Positions 32,567 to 42,539 of a DNA stretch of 64,000 nt are shown one piece after another. How positions within the stretch are numbered: position 1 is the stretch's first letter; the number at the start of each line of letters is the position of its first letter. Both the position numbers and the translations under genes were made by a program. The DNA lies in contig CBFIJD010000003.1 of assembly GCA_965662845.1 (NCBI GenBank), positions 32,001 through 96,000 of the forward strand. The letters run 5' to 3'. Source of the stretch: an uncultured bacterium (GTDB lineage Bacteria; SAR324; NAC60-12). Under the pieces are notes generated by a model that did no database searches, was not told the DNA's origin, and saw only the letters and a list, made by a program, of their open reading frames with translations.

Positions 32567-33670
32567 ATGTCTGAATCCCCACGTCACACGCCCCTTCACG
32601 CTCAACACGTCGCTGCCGGCGCCTTCATGACCGACTTTGGTGGCTGGCACATGCCTGTGCGCTACACAGGCGACAAGAAAGAGCATCACGCGGTACGCGA
32701 AGCGGTCGGGCTGTTCGACGTCAGCCACATGGGAGAAGTGCTAGTCAATGGACCGAAAGCTTTAGAGTTTCTGCAATATGTCACTTGCAACAACGTCTCA
32801 AAACTCGCGATTGGCCAAGCGCACTACAACGTCCTCACCACTCCGCAAGGGGGCGCGTGGGACGACATTCTGATCTATCGGCGAGACGAACAGAAATTCT
32901 TGCTCGTGATCAACGCGGCCAATCAAGAGACCGACTTCGAGTGGCTACAGGCAGAAAATCAGCGCTTCGGTGCGGATTTGGTCCACGCCAGTGAGTTGTA
33001 TGTGCAGTTGGCTCTGCAAGGCCCCAAAGCCTTGAGTTTGCTCGAAAAGCTCGGTGCGTCGACCGTTGGGCAGCTGGGCTACTATCGCTTTGTGGAAGAG
33101 TCTCTGCTGGCTGTCCCCATGCTCATCAGCCGCACCGGCTACACCGGCTCTGAGGGCTTTGAGCTGTACTTTCCGCCCCAATTTGCCGAATTTGTCTGGC
33201 AGCGGTTGCTTGACGCAGGCGCCTCTTTGGGCATTGAGCCGTGTGGTCTGAGCGCCCGAGACAGCTTGCGGCTGGAGGCCGGCATGCACCTGTACGGCAA
33301 TGAACTCGATGAGCAGACCTCGCTGTACGAGGCCAATTTAGGCTGGGTCGTCAAACTCGACAAAGGCGATTTCATCGGCAAACCCGCCCTCGTAGCCAGC
33401 AAAGAAAACTTGACCAAAAAGCTCGTTGGCTTTCGCATGACGGAATTTGGCATCCCCCGCTCGGGCTACGCGATTCTGCATGAGGGACAGCCCATCGGCA
33501 ACGTCACTAGCGGCATTTTGTCGCCCACCCTCAACATCCCCTTAGGCTTGGCGTATGTCGCCCCCGCCTTTGCCAACATCGGCCAGACCTTTCAAGTGCA
33601 GGTGCGCAAAAAAACTCTCCACGCCGAGGTCGTGCCGACTCCATTTTACAAAATCCAACGGAGTGCGTAA
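32567..33670 (+). CDS. gcvT: Glycine cleavage aminomethyltransferase T
   Basis: FGGWHMP, LFDVSHMG, SRTGYTG, RDSLRLEAG. Confidence 0.95.
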   Translation: MSESPRHTPLHAQHVAAGAFMTDFGGWHMPVRYTGDKKEHHAVREAVGLFDVSHMGEVLVNGPKALEFLQYVTCNNVSKLAIGQAHYNVLTTPQGGAWDDILIYRRDEQKFLLVINAANQETDFEWLQAENQRFGADLVHASELYVQLALQGPKALSLLEKLGASTVGQLGYYRFVEESLLAVPMLISRTGYTGSEGFELYFPPQFAEFVWQRLLDAGASLGIEPCGLSARDSLRLEAGMHLYGNELDEQTSLYEANLGWVVKLDKGDFIGKPALVASKENLTKKLVGFRMTEFGIPRSGYAILHEGQPIGNVTSGILSPTLNIPLGLAYVAPAFANIGQTFQVQVRKKTLHAEVVPTPFYKIQRSA

Positions 33671-33777
33671 TTTTTGCTGGACTTTCGCACTTCTGTGACT
33701 AGGATTTGCACCAAAATTCCTGTCGGGAGCGGCGTTCCCGACATTTTGTTCTCCGTCAACCAACGCCAAGAGGAAAG

Positions 33778-34170
33778 ATGTCAGAGACTCCAGCGGAACT
33801 GAAATATACCCGTGAACACGAATGGATTCGCTTGGACGGCAACAAGGCTGAAATCGGAATCACCGACCACGCTCAAAAATCACTGGGAGACATCGTGTTT
33901 GTCGAGCTTCCCAATGTGGGAGACGAGTTTGAAGCTGGTGAAGAGTTCGGCACCATCGAGTCTGTGAAAGCGGTCTCATCGCTGTTTTCGCCAATGGCGG
34001 GCAAAGTCACCGACATCAACTCAGAATTAGCCGACCGCCCCGAAACGGTGAACGAAGACTGCTATGACGACGGTTGGCTGATTCGGGTTGAACTCAGCGA
34101 ACCCCAGAAACAAGATGAGCTTCTCAGCCGCGATGAGTACGAACAATTTGTGCGGGAAGAAGCGAGTTGA
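33778..34170 (+). CDS. gcvH: Glycine cleavage H protein
   Basis: YTREHEW, GITDHAQ, ESVKA lipoyl-Lys, GWL. Confidence 0.96.
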   Translation: MSETPAELKYTREHEWIRLDGNKAEIGITDHAQKSLGDIVFVELPNVGDEFEAGEEFGTIESVKAVSSLFSPMAGKVTDINSELADRPETVNEDCYDDGWLIRVELSEPQKQDELLSRDEYEQFVREEAS

Positions 34171-34228
34171 TCCCTCTCCTGCATCCCCCCCACTGAGCGC
34201 GCCTTCTCCGCCTTCCTCCCAAAATGGC

Positions 34229-35284
34229 ATGCCACCACACAACCTAAAAAATTGGTCTCGCCCCGCGCTGCGGGCGTGGCTCAACGAGCACCACGAAAAG
34301 CCCTTCCGCGCTGAACAAATCTTTTCTTGGCTCTACCAACATCGCGTGGAGAGTTTTGATGAGATGACCAACCTCGCGAAGCGCACACGCGAATTTCTCA
34401 ACGCGAACTGCACTCTCAGCCGTTTGGAACGACTGCAAGAGTGGCGCTCGCAAGATGGCTCGCTGAAGTATCTCTTCCAGCTGCAAGATGGGAAAGCCAT
34501 CGAGACCGTCCTGATGCCACACCACGATCACTACACCGTCTGTGTCTCATCGCAGGTCGGCTGCGCGATGGGCTGTGATTTCTGTGTGACTGGGCGGATG
34601 GGGCTGATTCGCAATCTGGAGCCCGCTGAGATCATTGATCAAATCTTGGAAGCCTACAAAGATGCGACGGAGGACCTGCCGCTGCGCAACATCGTCTTTA
34701 TGGGGATGGGCGAGCCCTTCCACAATTACGACAATGTGATGACCGCGCTGGCGATCCTCACAGACGAGCACGGCTTCAACTTTTCCCAACGGCGCATCAC
34801 GGTCTCGACCTCAGGGCTGCTCCCGCAAATTGAGCGTTTCAGCAAAGAGCCCATCAAAGCGAACCTCGCGGTCTCTCTCAACGGGGTGACCGACGCCGTC
34901 CGCAGTCAACTGATGCCTGTGAACCGCCGCTACAACTTGGAAAAGTTAGTCCAGACCTGTCAGGCCTATCCATTGGAGGCCCGCAAGCGGATCACGTTTG
35001 AATACATCCTCATGCGTGATGTAACCGACTCACTCGAAGACGCGAAGGCCCTGATCAAGCTGCTGCATGGGCTGAAGTTTAAGATCAACTTGATCCCCTT
35101 CAATGAGGCGCCTGGGAGCAAGTACAAGCGCCCAGACTGGGAGCAAGTGCTACAGTTCCAGCGCTATCTGTTAGACCGAGGCGTCGTGGCAACGCTCCGC
35201 ATTTCCAAGGGGCAAGATATTCAGGGGGCTTGTGGGCAACTCAGCTCGGAGCGCCAAACACAAGAAGTAGAGGTGTGCGAATGA
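34229..35284 (+). CDS. rlmN: 23S rRNA/tRNA m2A methyltransferase (radical SAM)
   Basis: SSQVGCAMGCDFC, FMGMGEP, ITFEY, NLIPFN, GACGQL. Confidence 0.96.
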   Translation: MPPHNLKNWSRPALRAWLNEHHEKPFRAEQIFSWLYQHRVESFDEMTNLAKRTREFLNANCTLSRLERLQEWRSQDGSLKYLFQLQDGKAIETVLMPHHDHYTVCVSSQVGCAMGCDFCVTGRMGLIRNLEPAEIIDQILEAYKDATEDLPLRNIVFMGMGEPFHNYDNVMTALAILTDEHGFNFSQRRITVSTSGLLPQIERFSKEPIKANLAVSLNGVTDAVRSQLMPVNRRYNLEKLVQTCQAYPLEARKRITFEYILMRDVTDSLEDAKALIKLLHGLKFKINLIPFNEAPGSKYKRPDWEQVLQFQRYLLDRGVVATLRISKGQDIQGACGQLSSERQTQEVEVCE

Positions 35285-35499
35285 AGATTCGGCTGTTTGG
35301 AGTGACATGGCGATTGGAAGAAGAGCAGGAGACGACCGCAGCCGATCTGGATTTGGACAAGCTGTTGAAAGATGAGCTGCAGTTTCGAGGGAATCAAGAG
35401 CAGCGCGCTTCAAAAAAAGAGATGGTCATCCGCATGCAGCGCGCGCTGCTGGAGCAGACGCAAATGCAAATTGACCTCAAGGCGCGCCACGGCTCGTGA
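35281..35499 (+). CDS. Small hypothetical protein, 72 aa
   Basis: ATGA overlap with rlmN stop, GAGG SD upstream. Confidence 0.55.
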   Translation: MKIRLFGVTWRLEEEQETTAADLDLDKLLKDELQFRGNQEQRASKKEMVIRMQRALLEQTQMQIDLKARHGS

Positions 35500-35530
35500 C
35501 CGCCGCCTCCGGCTTCGACGCCAGAACACA

Positions 35531-36007
35531 TCACGCTTCGTTTTTCCACTTGGAATAGGGGTTCTGGATCAAGTTGATATTGAGATAGCGCGCGTCGTGA
35601 CTGACTTCTGCGCCTAGCCACGCCGGTTGAGCGAACGCTTGATCCTCGCTGGTAAGCTCAATCTCGGCCACAACGAGCCCTTCATTCTCGCCGTGGAACT
35701 CATCCACTTCCCAGAGCATCCCCTCAAATTGGACCTCATATCGTGTCTTCTCAATCAGCGGTCGCTCACAGAGTTCGTCCAGCAAATGCTGCGCGTCTTT
35801 CACAGGAATAGGATATTCATACTCCACCCGTGAGAGTGTGGACTTGGCTCCTTTGATGTTCAACATCGCGGTTTGACCGCTGACCCGCACCCGCACCGAA
35901 CGCGACGAATCCCGGCTCAGATACCCCTGCCGATACAGCGTACCGACCGCATTTTGTTTCCAGTCCTCATTGCAAGTGAGAAACTTGCGCTCAATTTCAA
36001 AGCCCAT
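35531..36007 (-). CDS. CYTH-domain (triphosphate tunnel) protein
   Basis: EIERKFL, RVRV, EKTRY, WEVDEF, AEIEL. Confidence 0.93.
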   Translation of the reverse strand: MGFEIERKFLTCNEDWKQNAVGTLYRQGYLSRDSSRSVRVRVSGQTAMLNIKGAKSTLSRVEYEYPIPVKDAQHLLDELCERPLIEKTRYEVQFEGMLWEVDEFHGENEGLVVAEIELTSEDQAFAQPAWLGAEVSHDARYLNINLIQNPYSKWKNEA

Positions 36008-36019
36008 GTGATAGTGCAG

Positions 36020-37411
36020 TTAAACGGTTTGAGAATAATGCGCGGCGGCTTGCCCGAGGTAGCGATCAAACGGTGCAGCCAGATTGCGCAAAAAGAGTTG
36101 TCCGAGCGGTTTCACTTGAAGCGCTGCGGCTTCTTCTTGCAGCAAGCCATCGCGCACAAAGGGTTGTAGAGCGTGCAAAGACTCCGCGAAATATTCACGA
36201 AACCGCACGTGGTAGCGTGTTTCGAACGGCTCAAATTCAAGCCGACCGTGACACATCAGCGTTTCAATCACTTCTCGGCGCAAGCAATCGTCCTTGTCGA
36301 GCGCCTTGTGCACGACGGGGACCGGCTGCTGCTGTTGCCAATGTTCTAAGTAGCGCGTCAGCTCCTTTTCATTTTGGAAATATCCGTTGCCAAAATCCGA
36401 AATCGCCGAGACACCCACCCCAAGCTGTGAGAGGCCTCTCAGAGTTGTGTATCCCATGAAATTCCGGTGCAAAGTGTGCTCGCGCGCTGCCAGCGCCAGC
36501 TCATCTTCTGGAACCGCGTAGTGGTCCATTCCAATCATCTCGTAACCTGCCGACGTGAAAGTCCGAATTGCCTGCAAATGTAGCGAGAGTTTGTCTGCGG
36601 TGGACGGCAAGTCCGTTGCGTGGATCGCGCGTTCGTGGGTGCGGAACAATCCGGGGATGTAAGCAAAACTATAAACCGCGAGGCGTTCGGGGCGCATCTG
36701 CACCACCTCATTTAGGGTGTGCGCAAAGCGTTCAGCAGTTTGGTGTGGCAGCCCATAAACAAGGTCAATGTTCACGCTCTGAAAGCCCAGCTCGCGGGCG
36801 TCGTTCAGGGTTTGCCATGTCTGCTCAGCCGTCTGAAACCGGTTGATGGCCTGCTGCACCTCAGGATTGAGGTCTTGCACCCCTAGGCTGATGCGATGGA
36901 ATCCAACCTCTGCCAGCCAGGCGAGCTGCGCGCGTTGCGTCACACCAGGGTGCACCTCTAAGGCCAGCTCAGCCTCTGGCGCAATCTCGAAGTGTTCGGT
37001 AATCGCTTGCCACACGCGCTGTAACTGGGTCACGGTCAAGTATGTGGGCGTTCCGCCGCCAAAGTGGACTTGCGCGAGCGAGCGGCGCTCTCCAAGCTGG
37101 GACGCTACCCAGCGCACCTCATAGGTCAGCGCGTCGAGGTATTCATCCATCAACGAGCGGTTGTTGGTGATGTGTTTGTTGCAACCACAGAACGTACAGA
37201 GCCTGCGACAAAACGGCAGGTGGACATATAAAGAAAGCGGCGCAGCGGTTAGACTTTCTTGCTGAAGAAAGCGCTGCAGTTCATTGGCAAACTGGCCACT
37301 TTGCCAGTTGGGGACCGTGGGATAGCTGGTGTAGCGGGGGCCGGACTGGTTGAGGCGTTCGATCAAGTCCGGCGTCAGGGCTTCAAGGACTTCAGAGGTG
37401 AGGCGCATCAA
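36020..37411 (-). CDS. hemN: Oxygen-independent coproporphyrinogen III oxidase
   Basis: GPRYTSYPT, YVHLPFCRRLCTFCGC, GGGTPT, IGMDHYA, RNFMGYT. Confidence 0.95.
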   Translation of the reverse strand: MMRLTSEVLEALTPDLIERLNQSGPRYTSYPTVPNWQSGQFANELQRFLQQESLTAAPLSLYVHLPFCRRLCTFCGCNKHITNNRSLMDEYLDALTYEVRWVASQLGERRSLAQVHFGGGTPTYLTVTQLQRVWQAITEHFEIAPEAELALEVHPGVTQRAQLAWLAEVGFHRISLGVQDLNPEVQQAINRFQTAEQTWQTLNDARELGFQSVNIDLVYGLPHQTAERFAHTLNEVVQMRPERLAVYSFAYIPGLFRTHERAIHATDLPSTADKLSLHLQAIRTFTSAGYEMIGMDHYAVPEDELALAAREHTLHRNFMGYTTLRGLSQLGVGVSAISDFGNGYFQNEKELTRYLEHWQQQQPVPVVHKALDKDDCLRREVIETLMCHGRLEFEPFETRYHVRFREYFAESLHALQPFVRDGLLQEEAAALQVKPLGQLFLRNLAAPFDRYLGQAAAHYSQTV

Positions 37412-38484
37412 TCTACGGTTTGCATGCTAAGGCGGAAGAAGTAGCTCCCATCTGCGGAGGCTTCAACTTCAAGGTTCCCCTGCAGATGCTGCAAGATTTT
37501 TTGTACGACCGGCAGACCCAGGCCGTGACCCGTGGGTCGAATGGTCTGGAGTTCGGCATACGCGGTGAGGTTTCGCTCTTCTTCACTCAGATGAATGCCG
37601 CCGCGCTCTTCCACAATGGTGTATTCCACACGGCTCAGGTTGTTCTCACTGTTGAGGCGAATCACGGGGTCTTCTTCGACCGAAAACTGCATCGCCATAT
37701 AGAGTAAATTGACCAAGACCTCCTCGACCCACGGCGCGTATCCGCTGACGGGGATCCACTCTGCTGGCGGTTCAATCGTCGCGTTGTGTTCGATGATCGC
37801 CAACTTCAAGCGATCTTGTGCCTTGCGTACGGCGCGCTCCATGTCTACCTTACGCGACTTCACCTGCTTGGTGCGCAGTCCTTTGAGCAGCAACAGTTCG
37901 TCAATCATGTTGCTCGCATTGAATGAAGAGCGGTACACATTCGAGAGCATTTTTTGCAAGTGGTCGGCGTCTAATTCCTGATTTTGCGTCATCAGGTAAT
38001 CCGCGTAGGTCTGGATCGTGGAGAGTGGGGCGCGCAAGTCATGAGCGACTGTGTGCGAGAAGGCGTCCAGCTCAATGTTGTTTTGGCGCAGCTCTTCTTT
38101 AAGGAAGTGCAGATGCAGGTGGTTTCGGACGCGCGCTTCGACCGTGAGCACTTTCACAGGCTTGGTGATGTAATCCAGCGCGCCCACCTCGAAGGCTTTG
38201 ACTTCGTCTAGCGGATCTGTCAGCGCGGTCATGAAGATCACGGGGATGTTGCTCGTCTCGCGGTTCGATTTCAGCAGAGTACAAGTTTCGTAGCCGTCCA
38301 TATCGGGCATCATGATATCCAGCAGAATCAAATCCGGCTTCGTCGCGTGAATCTTATCCAGCGCCGAGCGGCCGCTCACATCGACCAAGACGCGAAAGCC
38401 TGCTTCAATCAGGTGGTCGTGTAGAACGCTCAGATTCGCAGGAGTGTCGTCCACAATCAGAATCGTGCGTTGTTGCTCATCCAT
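37408..38484 (-). CDS. Hybrid REC-histidine kinase with degenerate ATP-binding domain
   Basis: IVDD, LLDIMMP, KP; H-box AHDLRAP; G2 GHGLGL. Confidence 0.85.
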   Translation of the reverse strand: MDEQQRTILIVDDTPANLSVLHDHLIEAGFRVLVDVSGRSALDKIHATKPDLILLDIMMPDMDGYETCTLLKSNRETSNIPVIFMTALTDPLDEVKAFEVGALDYITKPVKVLTVEARVRNHLHLHFLKEELRQNNIELDAFSHTVAHDLRAPLSTIQTYADYLMTQNQELDADHLQKMLSNVYRSSFNASNMIDELLLLKGLRTKQVKSRKVDMERAVRKAQDRLKLAIIEHNATIEPPAEWIPVSGYAPWVEEVLVNLLYMAMQFSVEEDPVIRLNSENNLSRVEYTIVEERGGIHLSEEERNLTAYAELQTIRPTGHGLGLPVVQKILQHLQGNLEVEASADGSYFFRLSMQTVD

Positions 38485-38610
38485 ATCGGCCTCCGATGAC
38501 AATCTAAGGGGGTTGGGGTGCAATTTGCCGGACACTTGGTTTGCATCGGGCGTACCTGCGAGATTGGGTGCCGAAAATACCCTGCCACCTTCACATTTAC
38601 AACACGTTTC

Positions 38611-40641
38611 ATGTCTGACTCTATCCTCACCCCTTTGAATCCTGCCCAACAGGAAATCGTTCAACATCTACAGGGCCCTGCGCTCGTCATTGCTGGCGCA
38701 GGCTCGGGCAAAACACGCGTCATCACGCATCGTGTGGGACACTTGCTGCGGCACGGCGTCCCCGCTTCCAGCATCTTGTTGCTCACTTTCACCAACAAAG
38801 CCGCCCAAGAGATGGCCACGCGCGTTGCGCAGCTCACCGGCTCTGCGCATGAAAAAGGCCCCCGCCTGCTGCATGGGACCTTTCACAGTATGGCGAGTCG
38901 TTTCTTGCGTCGCTACGCCCAAAACGCGGGTTACGAGCAAAACTTCAGCATCCTCGACAGCTCTGATGCCCAAGACTTGTTGAAAGCGGCGCTCGCGGAA
39001 GTCATGGGCAAGACGTCAAAGCATTTCCCAAACGCAGCCGTGCTCAGCAATGTCTTCTCTAACGCGTTTAACGCCAATTGCTCCGTCGAGCTGCTCGCTG
39101 AGAGACCCTATGCAGAGCGTGATTTTCAGCTGGAAGACTACGTCTTGCGCAGCTCGTACGCCTATCTAGAGCCGCATTTGGAGCCAATGGGGCAGATTCT
39201 GCGGAAGTATCGAGAGAAGAAGCGACGCAACCAAGTTCTTGATTTTGACGACCTCCTTGAAGGCTGGCTGGACTTGCTCCGCACGCGCTACGACCAGCTG
39301 CCGCTGTGCCAACAAATTCAACAAGTGCTCGTGGATGAGTATCAGGACACCAACCGCATTCAAGCACAAATCTTAGACTTTGTGTCTCGTCCGCACCGCA
39401 ACTTGATGGTCGTCGGCGACGACGCGCAATCCATTTACAGTTGGCGAGGAGCCAACTTCCGCAACATCTTAGACTTTCCCGAGCAATACGGCGCCGCGAC
39501 TTATCGCCTAGAGCAAAATTATCGCAGCACGCCGCAAATCCTCGAGGTTGCGAACGCCAGCATCAACCAGAACGTCGAGCAATTTGAGAAGCACCTCTTC
39601 ACCGAGTTGGCAGAAGGGGCGCCGCCGCAAATCCATCACGTGTGGGATAGCTACGCAGAGGCCGATTTTCTCCTCGAAGCGATCCTGCACTTGCGCGATC
39701 AAGACGTGGCGCTCAATGACATGTGCGTTCTCTATCGAACCCACGCGCAAGCCGCGGTGTTGCAGGTCGCGCTCACCCGCGCTGGGATCCCGTTTCAAAT
39801 TCATTCGGGTGTCAAATTCTTTGAGCAAGCCCACATCAAAGACCTGCTCTCTTTTCTGAAGGTCCTCTTCAATCCTCTGGACGAGATCTCGTGGATGCGG
39901 GTTCTGAAGATGCTCAATGGCATCGGCAATGTGACAGCACAAAAGATCTACAACGTGTTCCAAGCACAACAAGCCGTCCGGCTCACCGCGGCCAACGAGG
40001 AGTTGCAGCGGCTGGTCCCCGCCAAAGCACGCGATGACTGGGCGCGCTTGTTGGAGTGCTTTCAGAAGATGCTGGAGCCAGACGTAAAACCCAATCAGAT
40101 GCTCGAGATTGTCTATCAGCGGCTGTATCGCGACATCTTGCTCAACACCTTTGACAACGCTCCACAGCGCGAAGCGGATGTGCACTCTCTGCAAGAATAT
40201 GCCGCCGGCTACGCTTCGCTAGAGGCGTTCCTCAATGAGTTGTCTCTGCTCGGCAATGCCATGGTCACAGATCAAGCGGCGCGTGAGTGGGAAGAGCAAG
40301 AGACCCTGACCTTGACGACGATCCATCAGGCCAAAGGGCTCGAGTGGGAAGCGGTGTTCTTGATTGGCCTGACCGAAGGTTTGTTTCCACATCAGCGTAG
40401 TTTAGACCGCGCGGAGCAGATCGAAGAAGAGCGACGGCTGTTCTATGTGGCGCTCACTCGAGCAAAGCGGCATTTGTGTGTTACCGCCCCAGCGATCGCT
40501 TCTAGCTATCAAGGGCCCAGCCACAACGGGCGCTCCCGATTTCTCGAAGAGTTGCCCGACGATTTGGTGGAACGCGTAGTTCATGAGCCCTCATATTCCA
40601 GCGGTGGAGGCCGCAGCCCACACGCCCGCTTTGAGTTTTAG
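38611..40641 (+). CDS. UvrD/PcrA/Rep SF1 DNA helicase
   Basis: AGAGSGKT, TFTNKAA, VDEYQD, GDDAQSIY, NYRS, TIHQAKGLEW, EERRLFYVALTRA. Confidence 0.95.
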   Translation: MSDSILTPLNPAQQEIVQHLQGPALVIAGAGSGKTRVITHRVGHLLRHGVPASSILLLTFTNKAAQEMATRVAQLTGSAHEKGPRLLHGTFHSMASRFLRRYAQNAGYEQNFSILDSSDAQDLLKAALAEVMGKTSKHFPNAAVLSNVFSNAFNANCSVELLAERPYAERDFQLEDYVLRSSYAYLEPHLEPMGQILRKYREKKRRNQVLDFDDLLEGWLDLLRTRYDQLPLCQQIQQVLVDEYQDTNRIQAQILDFVSRPHRNLMVVGDDAQSIYSWRGANFRNILDFPEQYGAATYRLEQNYRSTPQILEVANASINQNVEQFEKHLFTELAEGAPPQIHHVWDSYAEADFLLEAILHLRDQDVALNDMCVLYRTHAQAAVLQVALTRAGIPFQIHSGVKFFEQAHIKDLLSFLKVLFNPLDEISWMRVLKMLNGIGNVTAQKIYNVFQAQQAVRLTAANEELQRLVPAKARDDWARLLECFQKMLEPDVKPNQMLEIVYQRLYRDILLNTFDNAPQREADVHSLQEYAAGYASLEAFLNELSLLGNAMVTDQAAREWEEQETLTLTTIHQAKGLEWEAVFLIGLTEGLFPHQRSLDRAEQIEEERRLFYVALTRAKRHLCVTAPAIASSYQGPSHNGRSRFLEELPDDLVERVVHEPSYSSGGGRSPHARFEF

Positions 40642-40725
40642 TCGGAAAAATCAGTCGACAAGCACAGACAAAAGTGTTATCAGTTTCAGTTTATCTAAAT
40701 TCGCTGTTCCTTCGGAACCTTCATC

Positions 40726-41193
40726 ATGGCCCATCTGCGCGAGCGTCTGCTGCATTTGCTGACCCCTCCAGTTGAACAACTCGGCTACGAAATCCTGCAA
40801 TTAGATTGGACCCGAGAGGGCAAGGATTCTGTGCTTCTGCTGGTCATCGACCACCCTGAGCGCACCGTGAACATCGACGACTGCGTCGCGGTCAACAAGG
40901 TCATCGACCCCTTGCTTGATGAAGCCGATCTGATCTCTAGCGAATATCGTCTAGACGTCTCAACTCCAGGCATTGATCGCCCGCTGTTGCGCCCCGAACA
41001 CTATGATCGTTTCCGGGGAGAGCGCGTCGCCGTACTTCTGAAAAGGAGCCAAGGCGGCCACAAACGCTGGACAGGGACCTTGCAGCAGCACGACGAGACA
41101 TCCGTTGAAATTCTGAGCGAAAACGGAACCTCGCACCGCTTCGCTTTTCAAGATATCGACAGCGTTCACTTAGATCCGCTGCTCTTCGGCTAA
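40726..41193 (+). CDS. rimP: Ribosome maturation factor
   Basis: IDDC, LDVSTPGIDRPL; upstream of nusA. Confidence 0.93.
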   Translation: MAHLRERLLHLLTPPVEQLGYEILQLDWTREGKDSVLLLVIDHPERTVNIDDCVAVNKVIDPLLDEADLISSEYRLDVSTPGIDRPLLRPEHYDRFRGERVAVLLKRSQGGHKRWTGTLQQHDETSVEILSENGTSHRFAFQDIDSVHLDPLLFG

Positions 41194-41232
41194 ACGCCGC
41201 CCCGCATTCATCTTTTATCTCTGAGGTACGGT

Positions 41233-42516
41233 TTGCGAGAGAATTTGCTGGAAGTCATCACCGAAGTTTCCAAGGAAAAAGCCTTAGATCGCGATCACCT
41301 TGTCCGCCTTGTCGTCGAAGCGATCGTGCAAGCCGCAAAGCGCAAACTTCCCTACGAAACGATTGAGGGCAGCTTTAACCCTAAAACCGGACAGATCGAG
41401 CTCTTCCAGTATAAAGAAGTCGTCGAAATCGTCGAAGACGGTGACAATGAAGTCTCGATTGAGGAGGTTCAAGAGATTGACCCTGAGGCCCAGATCGGCG
41501 ATGAGGTGGAGTATGAAATCAATGAGAAAGAGTTCAATCGGATCGCGCGCTCAGCTCGCAATATCATCTTCAGCAGCATCCGCGACGCCGAACGCGAGAT
41601 GATCGTCAACACCTTCGAAAAGCGCGTGGGAGAAGTTTTGACCGGCACGGTTCTACGCACGGAGAGCAACGGCCGGATCGCGCTCCGCTTTTTGGACAAA
41701 ACAGACGCTTACCTCTTCCGCCGGGAACAGATCCCTGGAGAGACGTTTGGCTACGGTGACCACGTCCGAGTCTATCTCATGGATGTCAACAACAACCCGC
41801 AGAAGCCCTCCCAACTCTCTATCTCTCGCACCCATCCCGGCCTGCTGATCAAATTGTTTGAGATGGAAGTCCCTGAGATTTACGACGGCATTGTCAAGGT
41901 CGTGAGCGCGGCGCGAGAGCCGGGGAAGCGCGCAAAAATCTCGGTTTATGCGACCGATCCCGACGTAGATCCGGTAGGCTCTTGTGTAGGCGTCCGTGGC
42001 AGCCGCGTACAAAACATCGTCAACGAACTCTACGGCGAAAAAATCGACATCGTCCGCTGGAATGAGAACGTGGTTACCTATGTTACCAACGCGCTCGCCC
42101 CCGCAGAGATCGAGAGCATGGACATCAATGAAGAGGAGCGCGAGATCGACGTCACCGTCCGCTCCGATCAGCTCTCTCTGGCAATTGGCAGCAAAGGACA
42201 AAACGTGCGGCTGGCGTCCAAGTTGGTCAACTACAAAATCAACATCTCCTCCAAAGAGGACAACACGCCCAGCATCGAAGAGCAACTCACCATGGAGTTG
42301 GAGCGCGGTCGGGAAGAGCGCGAGCTACTGTATTCGGGAATGACCGCAGGGATGCCCGCGGTTGCTGAGGAACTAGCTACCCCAGAACCTGCCGAAGTTG
42401 TTGACACAACCGAAGAGGCGCCCCACGCCGCAGAAGAGGTTGCCACTAATTCCCCAGAGAGCGCTCCCGAAGACGAACCCTCTGAAACCGCAATTCCCAC
42501 CCCGGAAACCCCCTGA
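41233..42516 (+). CDS. nusA: Transcription factor NusA
   Basis: SRTHP, EVPEI, AREPG, VGSCVG, LAIGSKGQNVRLA; TTG start. Confidence 0.97.
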   Translation: MRENLLEVITEVSKEKALDRDHLVRLVVEAIVQAAKRKLPYETIEGSFNPKTGQIELFQYKEVVEIVEDGDNEVSIEEVQEIDPEAQIGDEVEYEINEKEFNRIARSARNIIFSSIRDAEREMIVNTFEKRVGEVLTGTVLRTESNGRIALRFLDKTDAYLFRREQIPGETFGYGDHVRVYLMDVNNNPQKPSQLSISRTHPGLLIKLFEMEVPEIYDGIVKVVSAAREPGKRAKISVYATDPDVDPVGSCVGVRGSRVQNIVNELYGEKIDIVRWNENVVTYVTNALAPAEIESMDINEEEREIDVTVRSDQLSLAIGSKGQNVRLASKLVNYKINISSKEDNTPSIEEQLTMELERGREERELLYSGMTAGMPAVAEELATPEPAEVVDTTEEAPHAAEEVATNSPESAPEDEPSETAIPTPETP

Positions 42517-42539
42517 AACACTCAACCCAACCAGACCCT

